Shown here: in pieces, positions 19,461-28,086 of the stretch | Numbering within the stretch: position 1 is the stretch's first letter | Layout: every line of letters starts with the position of its first letter | Source of the DNA: Candidatus Parcubacteria bacterium | Lineage (GTDB): Bacteria > Patescibacteriota > Minisyncoccia > Phycocordibacterales > PALSA-1337 | Assembly (NCBI GenBank): GCA_963766795.1 | Contig: CAVYBN010000004.1 | Coordinates: 11,179-75,178, forward strand | Direction of reading: 5' to 3' | DNA length: 64,000 nt | Translations under genes and position numbers: made by a program | The notes under the pieces: model-generated | Told to the model about the DNA's origin: nothing | The model's database searches: none | What the model saw: the letters and a program-made list of their open reading frames with translations, nothing else

Positions 19461-20555
19461 TCATTGTTTTTGCTTGAAATAAGAATACGGAATAGCCTCT
19501 CTTCCCAACTTTTTAATTATTCTATTTATTGAAACATATGATTGCGAAGCCAAAGTAATAAACTGGTTATCAATAAAGAAAACCTTTACACAAGAAAAAA
19601 ATTTTGACAAAACAAACTCCTGGTAATACCATGGCCACCTTTTTAAGCTCCTCATATCTCCCATTAAAATATGCTGATTAAAAAGCGCCTCGGGCATTGA
19701 CGATTGGATAAGCAAAATTCCATTTTTTCCTAGACTTTTCTTTAATTCGGGTCCTTTATATTTGATAAATGGTGGTTGCGCCCCATAAAAAACACCTACA
19801 CTAATTAAACTTACATTATCAGGAAAACTCATTTTTTTACAATCCTGAAAATTGAAAAAAACTTCAATCTTGCTTTTTTTCGCTATTTTTCTTAAATAAG
19901 TATTTAAATGCAATTTAAGATCCTGACTTAATTCGTTTACTATAACCTTTTTGGGGCTGTAATTTTTTAAAACAAACGCACTTAACTCTCCAGTCCCTGA
20001 CCCTATGTCAATAAAACAGTTAATTTTTTTTAAGGTGTCACAGGATGCCCTGAGAACCTTCAGCATGCTTTTTTCTGGACCAATAAACATACCCCCTCCT
20101 TCCTTTAGAGCAAATTTAACATCAAATTCTTTCACCATCTCTTTATAAAAACTCGAGTCAGTTTTTTCGATATCAAGTATCTCCATGCCTAATGGATTTC
20201 TTTTATCTTTTTTATATTTTGTATGATTGACTTTTTCTTTATTATCATCAACATGTAACAATGGAATAAAGCCAACGGCTAGATCTACAAATAATTTCAA
20301 TCCAGACTTTGTTAAACGATCTTTCCAGTCACTTCTTATTTTCCTGTATCTTGGATAAATTTCCCTTGAAAAGCTTCCTCTTCCAAGTATATTTTTATTT
20401 TGAAAAATTATATAATATGTGACACAAGGTATTTTATTTTTTTGTGATGTGTATGTCTGGATATTTACACACTTTGAATAAAGTATCTTTCCACCAATAC
20501 TTTCAAAAAATAATTTAGTTATTTTATCTGCTTTTGTTATATTGGCTTGTTTCAT
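19461..20555 (-). CDS. Protein with a C-terminal class I SAM-dependent methyltransferase domain
   Basis: Motif I is FIDIGSGTGELS. The N-terminal region of about 170 aa has no recognisable motif. Confidence 0.55.
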   Translation of the reverse strand: MKQANITKADKITKLFFESIGGKILYSKCVNIQTYTSQKNKIPCVTYYIIFQNKNILGRGSFSREIYPRYRKIRSDWKDRLTKSGLKLFVDLAVGFIPLLHVDDNKEKVNHTKYKKDKRNPLGMEILDIEKTDSSFYKEMVKEFDVKFALKEGGGMFIGPEKSMLKVLRASCDTLKKINCFIDIGSGTGELSAFVLKNYSPKKVIVNELSQDLKLHLNTYLRKIAKKSKIEVFFNFQDCKKMSFPDNVSLISVGVFYGAQPPFIKYKGPELKKSLGKNGILLIQSSMPEALFNQHILMGDMRSLKRWPWYYQEFVLSKFFSCVKVFFIDNQFITLASQSYVSINRIIKKLGREAIPYSYFKQKQ

Positions 20556-20582
20556 AATAATTATTAATAATATCTTATTATA

Positions 20583-21725
20583 TTATTCGATATAATAAGA
20601 ATGGGGTTCATTCCTAACATTTTCTATTCTTACATCCCAGTTTACACCAAGACTTTCTTTTATTTTTTTTATTATTAAATCAATATCATGATAATCCTCA
20701 GATAGGATAGAATACATTGTCGGCCCTAAAGAGCTCATGCCCAAAAATGGCACTTTATCCTTGAAGGAATCATTACCAGACATAAAGCTATTCCTTACTT
20801 CATATCTTTTGGCAGGATTAAGATTATCTTCCATCATCATTAAAGGTGGTTTTTGTTCATCGGAAATCAAAACATACTTACAGTTTCCTAGTCTTTTCCA
20901 TTTAAAAATTAATTGGTTCTTTAATAAATTCATAATCTTCATTAATGCTTTTTTGTTTAATTCTAATTCAATTTTTTTCGTTCCAAATCTAACAATATCA
21001 AGCAAGTTATCAATAAATTCAAAATAGTTTTTATCTAACAATCCTGGGATCAGGCCCATTAGAGTATTTGTGCAGATTGCCTCAACTTCCGAAAGTGGAA
21101 CTGGGGTATTTGATATAAATAAGCTACTTTCATCTATTTCATTATTTAGAGAGATGGAGGTTGGTATTATTAAAAGTATTTTCCATCTTTTGGGAAATTT
21201 ATACCTGCCAATCAACATAGGAGGGCAAGATGCATGATCACCAAATGTTTTCTTTTCCTCATTGGGTCCCATTTTATACCCACCATCGACTATCAAGCCT
21301 CCATACATAAATGAGTAGTAGCCTATTCCAGAAACCCCCGCCCTGTTAGTAACAAAAGCAATTTTCTTTAATGAGATTTTCTTTTTATACAATAAGGCAA
21401 TACCTCTGCCTATACATAGTCCTAATTGGGTTCCGCTACCCAAACCAACATGTGTTTTAAAAGATTTTTTTATGTTTATCTTAACTCCAGAAGATAGTTT
21501 CAAATATTTAATTATACTATTAGCAAAATGGCATGCTTTATTTTGTAAATAATCATTACCTCCAATTACAACTATTTTATCGCAAAATGAAAATTCTATT
21601 TCCAAAAAAAGATTGTCTACTGCCAACCCAACACCACCACAACCCCTACCACCAATTTGATTCATTTTTAAACTATTAAAATGGAGTCTTGCAGATGATC
21701 TAAGAATGACTTTTCTTGAATTCAT
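20583..21725 (-). CDS. Beta-ribofuranosylaminobenzene-5'-phosphate (beta-RFAP) synthase-like GHMP-superfamily protein
   Basis: SSARLHFNSLKMNQIGGRGCGGVGLAV and HVGLGSGTQLGL match the family pattern RLH..l....GR..GG.G and GLGSGTQL. Confidence 0.55.
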   Translation of the reverse strand: MNSRKVILRSSARLHFNSLKMNQIGGRGCGGVGLAVDNLFLEIEFSFCDKIVVIGGNDYLQNKACHFANSIIKYLKLSSGVKINIKKSFKTHVGLGSGTQLGLCIGRGIALLYKKKISLKKIAFVTNRAGVSGIGYYSFMYGGLIVDGGYKMGPNEEKKTFGDHASCPPMLIGRYKFPKRWKILLIIPTSISLNNEIDESSLFISNTPVPLSEVEAICTNTLMGLIPGLLDKNYFEFIDNLLDIVRFGTKKIELELNKKALMKIMNLLKNQLIFKWKRLGNCKYVLISDEQKPPLMMMEDNLNPAKRYEVRNSFMSGNDSFKDKVPFLGMSSLGPTMYSILSEDYHDIDLIIKKIKESLGVNWDVRIENVRNEPHSYYIE

Positions 21726-21751
21726 AATTTTTAATAAGAAATAAGGTAAAT

Positions 21752-22774
21752 TTAAATGTTTTTTACATTCTCATTAACCAATTTTAATGCTTTATTTAAT
21801 TTTAATTTATATTTCTTAGTGTTAAGATTTGGTATCGCCTTCCCGCCCAGAAGCCCACACGCAAGCTTGTCTTCTTTTCCAAACGATATAAATTTTTTAA
21901 CCTCAAACCCTGCTTTTTCAAGTATTTCCTTAAGTTCATTTACCTTTTTTTCGTCAATATATTTATTGGTTCCAATTAGATTACTCGGATTATACTCACA
22001 TAAAATTACTCTGTGATACTTTGGATTCAATAGTTTAATTAAATCTTTTACTTCTTTTTTTGATGTTGTAGTAAATGGACCATCTCCACATAACACAGCT
22101 TTCTCAAACATCAAGAAATTTACAACAACTTTTATTCCCGAAACTTTTGCATATTTCTCCGAAGAAGAAATGACTTCTTTTAGCGGATAAATTTTATTTA
22201 TGGGCATAATCTGATCTCTGTCGTTTACGCTATGGACCGACAGGTGCAAAAGAATCTTGGCATTTCCAAAATCTCCTCTAGCAAAATCGTTTGCAAGCTT
22301 TTTGATAATCTGCGGATTCCCACTTGTAGCAAAAATGTGTCTATAGGTTTCAGATCCCAATTTTTTTACAATTAAATCGGTCCCGACAATCGCTGCTTTA
22401 ACTTTTTCATAAGAAAAGCTAGGTTCCCCTTGGCCCATATAAGCAAACTCCCTTCTATTTTTAGAATAATCAGTAATTTCGTCATCAAGCATCATAAAAA
22501 TATTTTGAAACGCTATTTCCCTACTACTTAAAAGCCTTAAAAAAGGAATGGTGTTTCCTGTAACACAAAATTTACATTGATTGCATTTTTGCGACAAAAT
22601 ACAACCCAAAGACACAGATGTGGTATACGCTCTTATGTTCTCATCAGGTGTCCCCTTGCCTAATTTTGTTCTTCTTAAAAAAGCACCGCTTTCAATATAA
22701 TAATCGTTTTTTCCATCAATTTCCCATGCATATCTAATACCTTCTTCGCCACATTTATTAACATATTTTCCCAC
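21752..22774 (-). CDS. Radical SAM enzyme of the RlmN/Cfr-like methyltransferase architecture
   Basis: The blocks GCILSQKCNQCKFCVTG, YMGQGEPSF, FATSG, LHLSVHSVND, RVILCEYNPS and C-terminal KLACGLLG parallel the RlmN blocks GC..gC.FC.TG, MGMGEP, STsG, LAiSLHA, NLIP.N and ACGQL. Confidence 0.6.
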   Translation of the reverse strand: MGKYVNKCGEEGIRYAWEIDGKNDYYIESGAFLRRTKLGKGTPDENIRAYTTSVSLGCILSQKCNQCKFCVTGNTIPFLRLLSSREIAFQNIFMMLDDEITDYSKNRREFAYMGQGEPSFSYEKVKAAIVGTDLIVKKLGSETYRHIFATSGNPQIIKKLANDFARGDFGNAKILLHLSVHSVNDRDQIMPINKIYPLKEVISSSEKYAKVSGIKVVVNFLMFEKAVLCGDGPFTTTSKKEVKDLIKLLNPKYHRVILCEYNPSNLIGTNKYIDEKKVNELKEILEKAGFEVKKFISFGKEDKLACGLLGGKAIPNLNTKKYKLKLNKALKLVNENVKNI

Positions 22775-22812
22775 AAGTTTTATATTTATTTTTTTTCATA
22801 TTATTGAGGTAA

Positions 22813-23781
22813 TCAATTACTAACAAAAACGCGATTTGCACAGGCCGCCTCACACGGCTGGCATCTATACCAGTACCTATCATTAATAATATTTTTCACC
22901 ATAATTTTTAACTTTGGGTTTTTTCCTTCAATCGATTTTAATACATTAATTATACCGTCCGCAGGGAGTTTTTTGCCTAAATCTGAATTCAATAATTTTT
23001 CTAACCTTAAACGAAATTTCAATGATTGCCCCGGCAAAGAAAGTTTTGTTATAGGAACAGGATGATAGCACCCATACCAAAAACCATCAATTGCCAACAA
23101 CAATGAATCACCAATTAGGCATTTAAAGTTATTCGGTTTTTCTGTAATCGTATACCCTTTTCCTTTAATGGCTGAGGGAAGAAAAACAGCTCTCCCAGTG
23201 GCAGTTACATTTTTTTTCACAATAGTTAACCCCTTATCTTGATATTTTTTCTTAAATTTTTCAAACAATTTATTGTCTCTTCGGTTGGATGTCCACCTAA
23301 TATTTAACTCAAACTTATACTTGTTTTTATGTTCAATAAAATAATCAACTAAATTAGAAGTCCCATTTTTCTTTATAAAAATTTCCTTATATTTTTTTTC
23401 TTTTCTTAGTATTCCTTGGTTATGAAAAATGTCTATGCTTATATCATAAATATCGGCATTTAATAATTTAAATAATAGCGGATTCTCAAGAAAACTTAAG
23501 CCATTTGTATCTATTCTAATTTTAGAAAATTTGTAATTCGCTTTAATTGTTTTAACAATTTTAGCTATATTTGGATGTAAAGTTGGCTCACCACCAGTAA
23601 TTATAAAATTATTAATCTTATTTATTCCTGACTTCTTTAGGTCGGCTAGGGCATCATTAATTTGGGTTAAGGTTAGCTTTTCTTTCTTTTTTGGCGAAGA
23701 ACTGAAAAAACAGTGAGGACAAGATTGATCACATTCTTTTATTATTTGAAAAACTACATGGTTAAATTCTTTTTTTATCAT
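22813..23781 (-). CDS. Radical SAM protein with a C-terminal Cys cluster (possible auxiliary Fe-S / SPASM-twitch-like)
   Basis: Has CDQSCPHC (Cx3Cx2C), GGEPTL and a C-terminal CQPCEAAC. Confidence 0.65.
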   Translation of the reverse strand: MIKKEFNHVVFQIIKECDQSCPHCFFSSSPKKKEKLTLTQINDALADLKKSGINKINNFIITGGEPTLHPNIAKIVKTIKANYKFSKIRIDTNGLSFLENPLLFKLLNADIYDISIDIFHNQGILRKEKKYKEIFIKKNGTSNLVDYFIEHKNKYKFELNIRWTSNRRDNKLFEKFKKKYQDKGLTIVKKNVTATGRAVFLPSAIKGKGYTITEKPNNFKCLIGDSLLLAIDGFWYGCYHPVPITKLSLPGQSLKFRLRLEKLLNSDLGKKLPADGIINVLKSIEGKNPKLKIMVKNIINDRYWYRCQPCEAACANRVFVSN

Positions 23782-24113
23782 TTTATTATTTTACTGCATT
23801 TTGCACAATCTCCTCTGCAAAATACTCTAGTGTTATATTTTTTACATATATGATGAAAGTTCATGTTTTTATTTGAAAAAAATATGTAAAACATTGGACA
23901 TAGTCCCAAATCAACTCCTTTTTGTTGAATTTTATAATCCAAATATAATTGCTCATCTAATGTAAGATCTTGAATCTCAGCCTTTAAAACATTCACTTTA
24001 GAAACAATATCTCTGATTTTTCCAAATCTTTCTGATATTGTTTCCATCTTATTTAAATCTTCAATATACCCACCATCCTTAAAATCTCTAAATATTTCAT
24101 CTACTAAATGCAT
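23778..24113 (-). CDS. 111-aa Cys-rich hypothetical protein, translationally coupled to the radical SAM gene
   Basis: There is a 4-nt stop/start overlap. The C-terminus is CPMF...HHICKKYNTRVFCRGDCAKCSK. Confidence 0.45.
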   Translation of the reverse strand: MHLVDEIFRDFKDGGYIEDLNKMETISERFGKIRDIVSKVNVLKAEIQDLTLDEQLYLDYKIQQKGVDLGLCPMFYIFFSNKNMNFHHICKKYNTRVFCRGDCAKCSKIIK

Positions 24114-24188
24114 ATATTCTTAATATTATTAAATGTTTATAAATTTCGTCAAAATACTTTCTTAGATAATCAAGATAAATATCATTTT

Positions 24189-24413
24189 TTATTTTGATAG
24201 TTTAATGGCTTGAGCCGGGCAACCTTTTACAACTTCTATTATCTTCTTCTGCTGGTTAGCGGATATATTAATCGACGAAGATGTTAAGAGCTTACCTTTT
24301 TGCTTTATTTTTGCTTTAAATTTTTTAATATCAAATTTAAACAGGTTAGGAATACATGTACTGCAATAACCACACCCGGCACATTTTTTTTGGTCAATCG
24401 AAAGATGTGACAT
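24189..24413 (-). CDS. Small single-cluster 4Fe-4S ferredoxin
   Basis: IDQKKCAGCGYCSTCIP ... GCPAQAI. The start is taken at MSHLSI. Confidence 0.65.
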   Translation of the reverse strand: MSHLSIDQKKCAGCGYCSTCIPNLFKFDIKKFKAKIKQKGKLLTSSSINISANQQKKIIEVVKGCPAQAIKLSK

Positions 24414-24462
24414 GAACTGAATTATACATAAAACACTTGAAATATTCAAACTTATAAATAAC

Positions 24463-24505
24463 CCATTCGTCTGAATGCGCTACTAATAGAGTATTTTTAA
24501 TCATG
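24463..24505. repeat. Direct repeat, right copy (43 bp)
   Basis: CCATTCGTCTGAATGCGCTACTAATAGAGTATTTTTAATCATG encodes the same MIKNTLLVAHSDEW. The three differences from the left copy are all synonymous. Confidence 0.9.
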
Positions 24506-24783
24506 GGATAAGTATACCAAATAAAATTTTATCTGCAGACCGCGTAGGATGTTATTCGAACGGGCTTAAGCCATACTCGCATTTGACAAACATGGGCGTG
24601 TCAGTTAGCATATTGACTATGCTTAATAAGCATTTCAGCCTGAATATGTGCTCTAACACCCTCGCTGGGTGGTCGCTTTGCGTTGCCGGCATCGGTTTTT
24701 ATCCGGATACGCAAGAGCTTATATTCAGCCGCGATGCTTCTAACTCATAAGATATAAACATATTTCTTCTGATAATTAAAAGG

Positions 24784-24813
24784 ATTCCGGCTGAATGAAA
24801 GCCGGGATTTTTC
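24784..24813 (+). terminator. Rho-independent terminator or attenuator upstream of the MFS gene
   Basis: A 9-bp stem ATTCCGGCT / AGCCGGGAT is followed by TTTTT. Confidence 0.6.
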
Positions 24814-24883
24814 ATTTAGCACAGTTCTTTGTAATAGTCCCTGAACAAAAGATAATAACCGCAAAAAATAGAAAGGTTCAGTC

Positions 24884-26083
24884 ATGAAATCATCGTTAGC
24901 CCGTCGCAATATCGCCCTTTATAAGGTTTTCGTCCTATTCAACGAACCCTTGTTTTGGGGACCGATCCTCATCGCATCACTGCAAAATCTTGGGAAGATG
25001 AAACTGCCGGACATATATTTTATGGAATCAGCGGTCATGGTGATCTGCGTCCTCCTGAATGTCCCACTGGGATCGCTCGCCGATACTATCGGCCGCAAGA
25101 AGACTCTGATCATCGGCAGAATATTCTTGTTCGGCAGTGCCGTGATGTTTGCAACCATGTATTCTCCCCTTACGGCTTGGATCGGCAATATCTTGTGGGC
25201 AATCGGCTATTCGTTCCAATCGGGAGCCGACAAAGCTCTGCTCTACAATGTGCTCAAGTCAGTCGGTCTGGAGGATAGGTATAAGAAGATCGAAGGCTGT
25301 GCCGTTGGCTTGAGATATCTAGTCATTGCCTTCTGTTCTCTACCCGTTGGATATCTCGCGAACATTAATATGAGGATTCCGCTCTACATGTCCGTGCCGT
25401 TCATGCTCATCCCTATGATTGCCGCCTGTTTTCTAACAGAGTCGAAGGTCAGTGAACGGCGATATGCCGTGAAAGATCAACTCCATATATTGGTGGATGG
25501 GATCAAATACGCCTTACGAAAAACGGAGATAAGATGGATCATCGGGCTTTGTGCGCTCATCATGGGCGCGTCGAAGATATGGTTCTTCGCTTATAATCCG
25601 TACTTCGAAAAGGTCGGCATCGACATCAAGTATTATGGTTTCATCTTCTTTCTCTTGAATATCGTCGCCTGGGCATTTAGCCATTACGCCCACAGCATCG
25701 AGAATCGCTTCTCGGAAAGCACTTGCGTAAAAGGCATGATCCTCTGCGTCGGCGTTCCGATATTGCTCATGGGAGCATTGCCGTTCTGGCCGCTAGCGTA
25801 TCTGGTGATCAGCCAGAATGTCGTGCGCGGATTCATGGTGCCGTTCGTCGGAGCATTCACCAATCGCCACATAGAATCGGAAAGCATGCGAGCCACGGTA
25901 TTATCCGTCAGATCTTCGCTTACCGACGCTGTGACGATCATCTCTCTGGCCATGTTCGGGTTGATGGAGAAGCCTTTCGGGCTTCTTCCGTCTCTTATCA
26001 TTCTGGGGACTATCGTTCTCGTGCTTGGCAAATTCAGTTTCACGCGTTATCGGATATTATTTCCGCAAAACGCCGGGGACTGA
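24884..26083 (+). CDS. MFS-type transporter
   Basis: A 399-aa polytopic membrane protein containing a D(T)IGRKK loop motif. Confidence 0.7.
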   Translation: MKSSLARRNIALYKVFVLFNEPLFWGPILIASLQNLGKMKLPDIYFMESAVMVICVLLNVPLGSLADTIGRKKTLIIGRIFLFGSAVMFATMYSPLTAWIGNILWAIGYSFQSGADKALLYNVLKSVGLEDRYKKIEGCAVGLRYLVIAFCSLPVGYLANINMRIPLYMSVPFMLIPMIAACFLTESKVSERRYAVKDQLHILVDGIKYALRKTEIRWIIGLCALIMGASKIWFFAYNPYFEKVGIDIKYYGFIFFLLNIVAWAFSHYAHSIENRFSESTCVKGMILCVGVPILLMGALPFWPLAYLVISQNVVRGFMVPFVGAFTNRHIESESMRATVLSVRSSLTDAVTIISLAMFGLMEKPFGLLPSLIILGTIVLVLGKFSFTRYRILFPQNAGD

Positions 26084-26130
26084 CCACAGGCGGCATGGAT
26101 CACATTCATGCCGCTTTTTTTATCCTGTCT

Positions 26131-26592
26131 TTATACCGTTATGTCCATCTTATAATCATGATCGATCAATATCTTATCGGTGATATCGACTTTTTTGCTC
26201 TTCATGACGGCTTCACGGATCCTCTTGAATGTTTCATCGGGAAGAGGCTCGCAAACGCGCAATCGCTTCATGGCGATCTTCGCCAGCAGATCGTTTCGCG
26301 ATATCCTTCGAACAGAGTTGCAGTCAAAATAGGTCCGTTTGGTGAATTCTTTGTAATCTCGCGGGTAAACATCCACGACCGTTCCGGGTTCATACCGTTT
26401 CATCCGTTCAAGCACTTTGAATTCTTGCGAAGTCGCCCACGTCAAAACCAGGATCTCATCGCTTTTTTTATCCTCGTTTAGCACGACGAAGTAGTGCCGA
26501 GTCTCTTTATCGATGAAGCCGTCGTGGACGAAATACAGCACGCATCCGTGATTGACCGCCGCCGCCAAGCGTATGTCATCCGCGATATCCAC
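26131..26592 (-). CDS. Hypothetical protein; candidate toxin partner of the Panacea-domain antitoxin
   Basis: 153 aa, starting 4 nt downstream of the SocA/Panacea gene, with no recognisable motif. Confidence 0.35.
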   Translation of the reverse strand: MDIADDIRLAAAVNHGCVLYFVHDGFIDKETRHYFVVLNEDKKSDEILVLTWATSQEFKVLERMKRYEPGTVVDVYPRDYKEFTKRTYFDCNSVRRISRNDLLAKIAMKRLRVCEPLPDETFKRIREAVMKSKKVDITDKILIDHDYKMDITV

Positions 26593-26596
26593 GGCA

Positions 26597-27217
26597 TTAA
26601 GCGTTTAGAAGCTCGCCGACTTCGCGATTCTCCTTGAAAATGTCCCTTGAAAACGCAAGTAATCCTGGATCCTCGGTGAATTTGTCTTGTCCGAACTTTT
26701 TCGCCAATTTCTTCGGATTCTCGAAGAAATCTTCGAGTTTCATCTCAAAACGCTTCTCGCTGTCAGTCTTGAATTCGGCTTCGAATCTTTTCCATTCCGG
26801 ATATTCGTGCGTCAATTTTGCCAGTTCAAATCCCTTCTCATCGCCGAAAGAACCGAAGCTGTCCCAAGCGAATTTCAACGCTTCAATGTCGGTTTCCGAG
26901 AAGCAGACCGTATCTATGTTTTTGATCGATTCATAATCGTATTCGCTGACAGGCTTGATGTACCCGCGGCTGTAATTGACTTCCGGAATGTCATTGCTGT
27001 CTTCGGCGATGTCGAGAGTGACCGACGGTATAGGACCGTAAGGAAATGCAAAATAGGAGTCTCCCGTCACTAGGCGGCCGTAGCGGCGCAGATGATAACG
27101 GTCGGCGAAGTAGACCAATTTGACGGCTTTCAACCGGCTGATGCGACCACCCGCCTTTTTCGCGAAGTAGTTGAGCGCTTGCGTGGCCTTTTTATGCTTG
27201 AAATCGAAGGTATTCAT
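26597..27217 (-). CDS. SocA / Panacea (DUF4065) domain antitoxin-like protein
   Basis: LKAVKLVYFADRYHLRRYGRLVTGDSYFAFPYGPIP is the characteristic Panacea core. Confidence 0.7.
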   Translation of the reverse strand: MNTFDFKHKKATQALNYFAKKAGGRISRLKAVKLVYFADRYHLRRYGRLVTGDSYFAFPYGPIPSVTLDIAEDSNDIPEVNYSRGYIKPVSEYDYESIKNIDTVCFSETDIEALKFAWDSFGSFGDEKGFELAKLTHEYPEWKRFEAEFKTDSEKRFEMKLEDFFENPKKLAKKFGQDKFTEDPGLLAFSRDIFKENREVGELLNA

Positions 27218-27295
27218 GGGGATTTCGGCAATTACGATATGTTCATGATATCACATCCCAATTAGCTGCGCTCAAACCTCCATTTATTACTTGTC

Positions 27296-27748
27296 TCAAA
27301 TACTCAGTTCTCTATAAGCACGGAGACAATCTGGCAGATAATCTACTACTTTATAATTACCGACATCTGTAGGCTTGATCCACGCCAAGGCATCATGCTC
27401 TTCTGGATTTATGACCACATTGGTATTAGAAGTCTTTGCGTGAAATATCAAAGTCACAAATTGCATATTCTTTGAGTTATCGATATTTGATCTCTGAAAA
27501 AACAACTTAACATTAGAAATATCCAAACCCGTTTCTTCTTTTATCTCTCGCGTTGCTCCGACCGCTGGATCTTCACCATCTTCTAGTGTTCCTCCAGGCA
27601 AATCCCAATATTCAGGAAGAACGTCATTCCTCTTTGACCTCTTTAGTATTAATACTTCCCCTCGATTATTAGATATGACCGTATGTACGATGAGTCCTTT
27701 TTGCATGATTGATATGCTATCATTTTGATAATCATATGACCATCTCAA
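27296..27748 (-). CDS. NUDIX hydrolase
   Basis: Nudix box GGTLEDGEDPAVGATREIKEETGL. Confidence 0.85.
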   Translation of the reverse strand: MRWSYDYQNDSISIMQKGLIVHTVISNNRGEVLILKRSKRNDVLPEYWDLPGGTLEDGEDPAVGATREIKEETGLDISNVKLFFQRSNIDNSKNMQFVTLIFHAKTSNTNVVINPEEHDALAWIKPTDVGNYKVVDYLPDCLRAYRELSI

Positions 27749-28086
27749 AAGCCACGGAATACCTCGGCAAAATCGTCACGATCACCATCGACCGGCCTTT
27801 ACATTCGAAGCATCCGAAACATGGCTTTGCCTATGAACTGAACTATGGTTTCGTTCCCGGTTCTATGTCTCCTGACGGAGAAGAATTGGACGCGTATGTC
27901 ATTGGTCCCAATGTTCCTCTAGAAACATTCAAAGGTATCTGCATCGCTGTAATCCATAGAACAAATGATGACGATGATAAACTCGTAGTCGTTCCAGAAT
28001 ATGTAAAGATAACTGACGATGAGATACGGTCTGCGACTCACTTCCAAGAACAATTCTTCAAATCTGAGATAATCAGAGAAAGCTGA
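27735..28086 (+). CDS. Small inorganic-pyrophosphatase-like protein
   Basis: ITIDRPLHSKHPKHGFAYELNYGFVPG...DGEELDAYV. The start is taken at MTISKATEY. Confidence 0.5.

Larger units (their letters stand above)
19402..24505 (-). mobile_element. AT-rich genomic island (no integrase or transposase recognised)
   Basis: Base composition drops abruptly relative to both flanks. The island is bounded by the 43-bp direct repeats and holds six co-oriented, tightly spaced genes. Confidence 0.55.

Noticed and set aside
19402-24462. Looked for an integrase, transposase, tRNA or inverted repeats that would make the AT-rich island a classical integrative element.
   Set aside because: None was seen. Only the 43-bp direct repeats support mobility, so the island is reported as an island of unknown transfer mechanism.
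25723-26481. A 252-aa plus-strand ORF spanning the MFS 3' end and the next gene.
   Set aside because: It is out of frame with the MFS transporter and antisense to the 153-aa gene, and its composition is Arg/His-rich.
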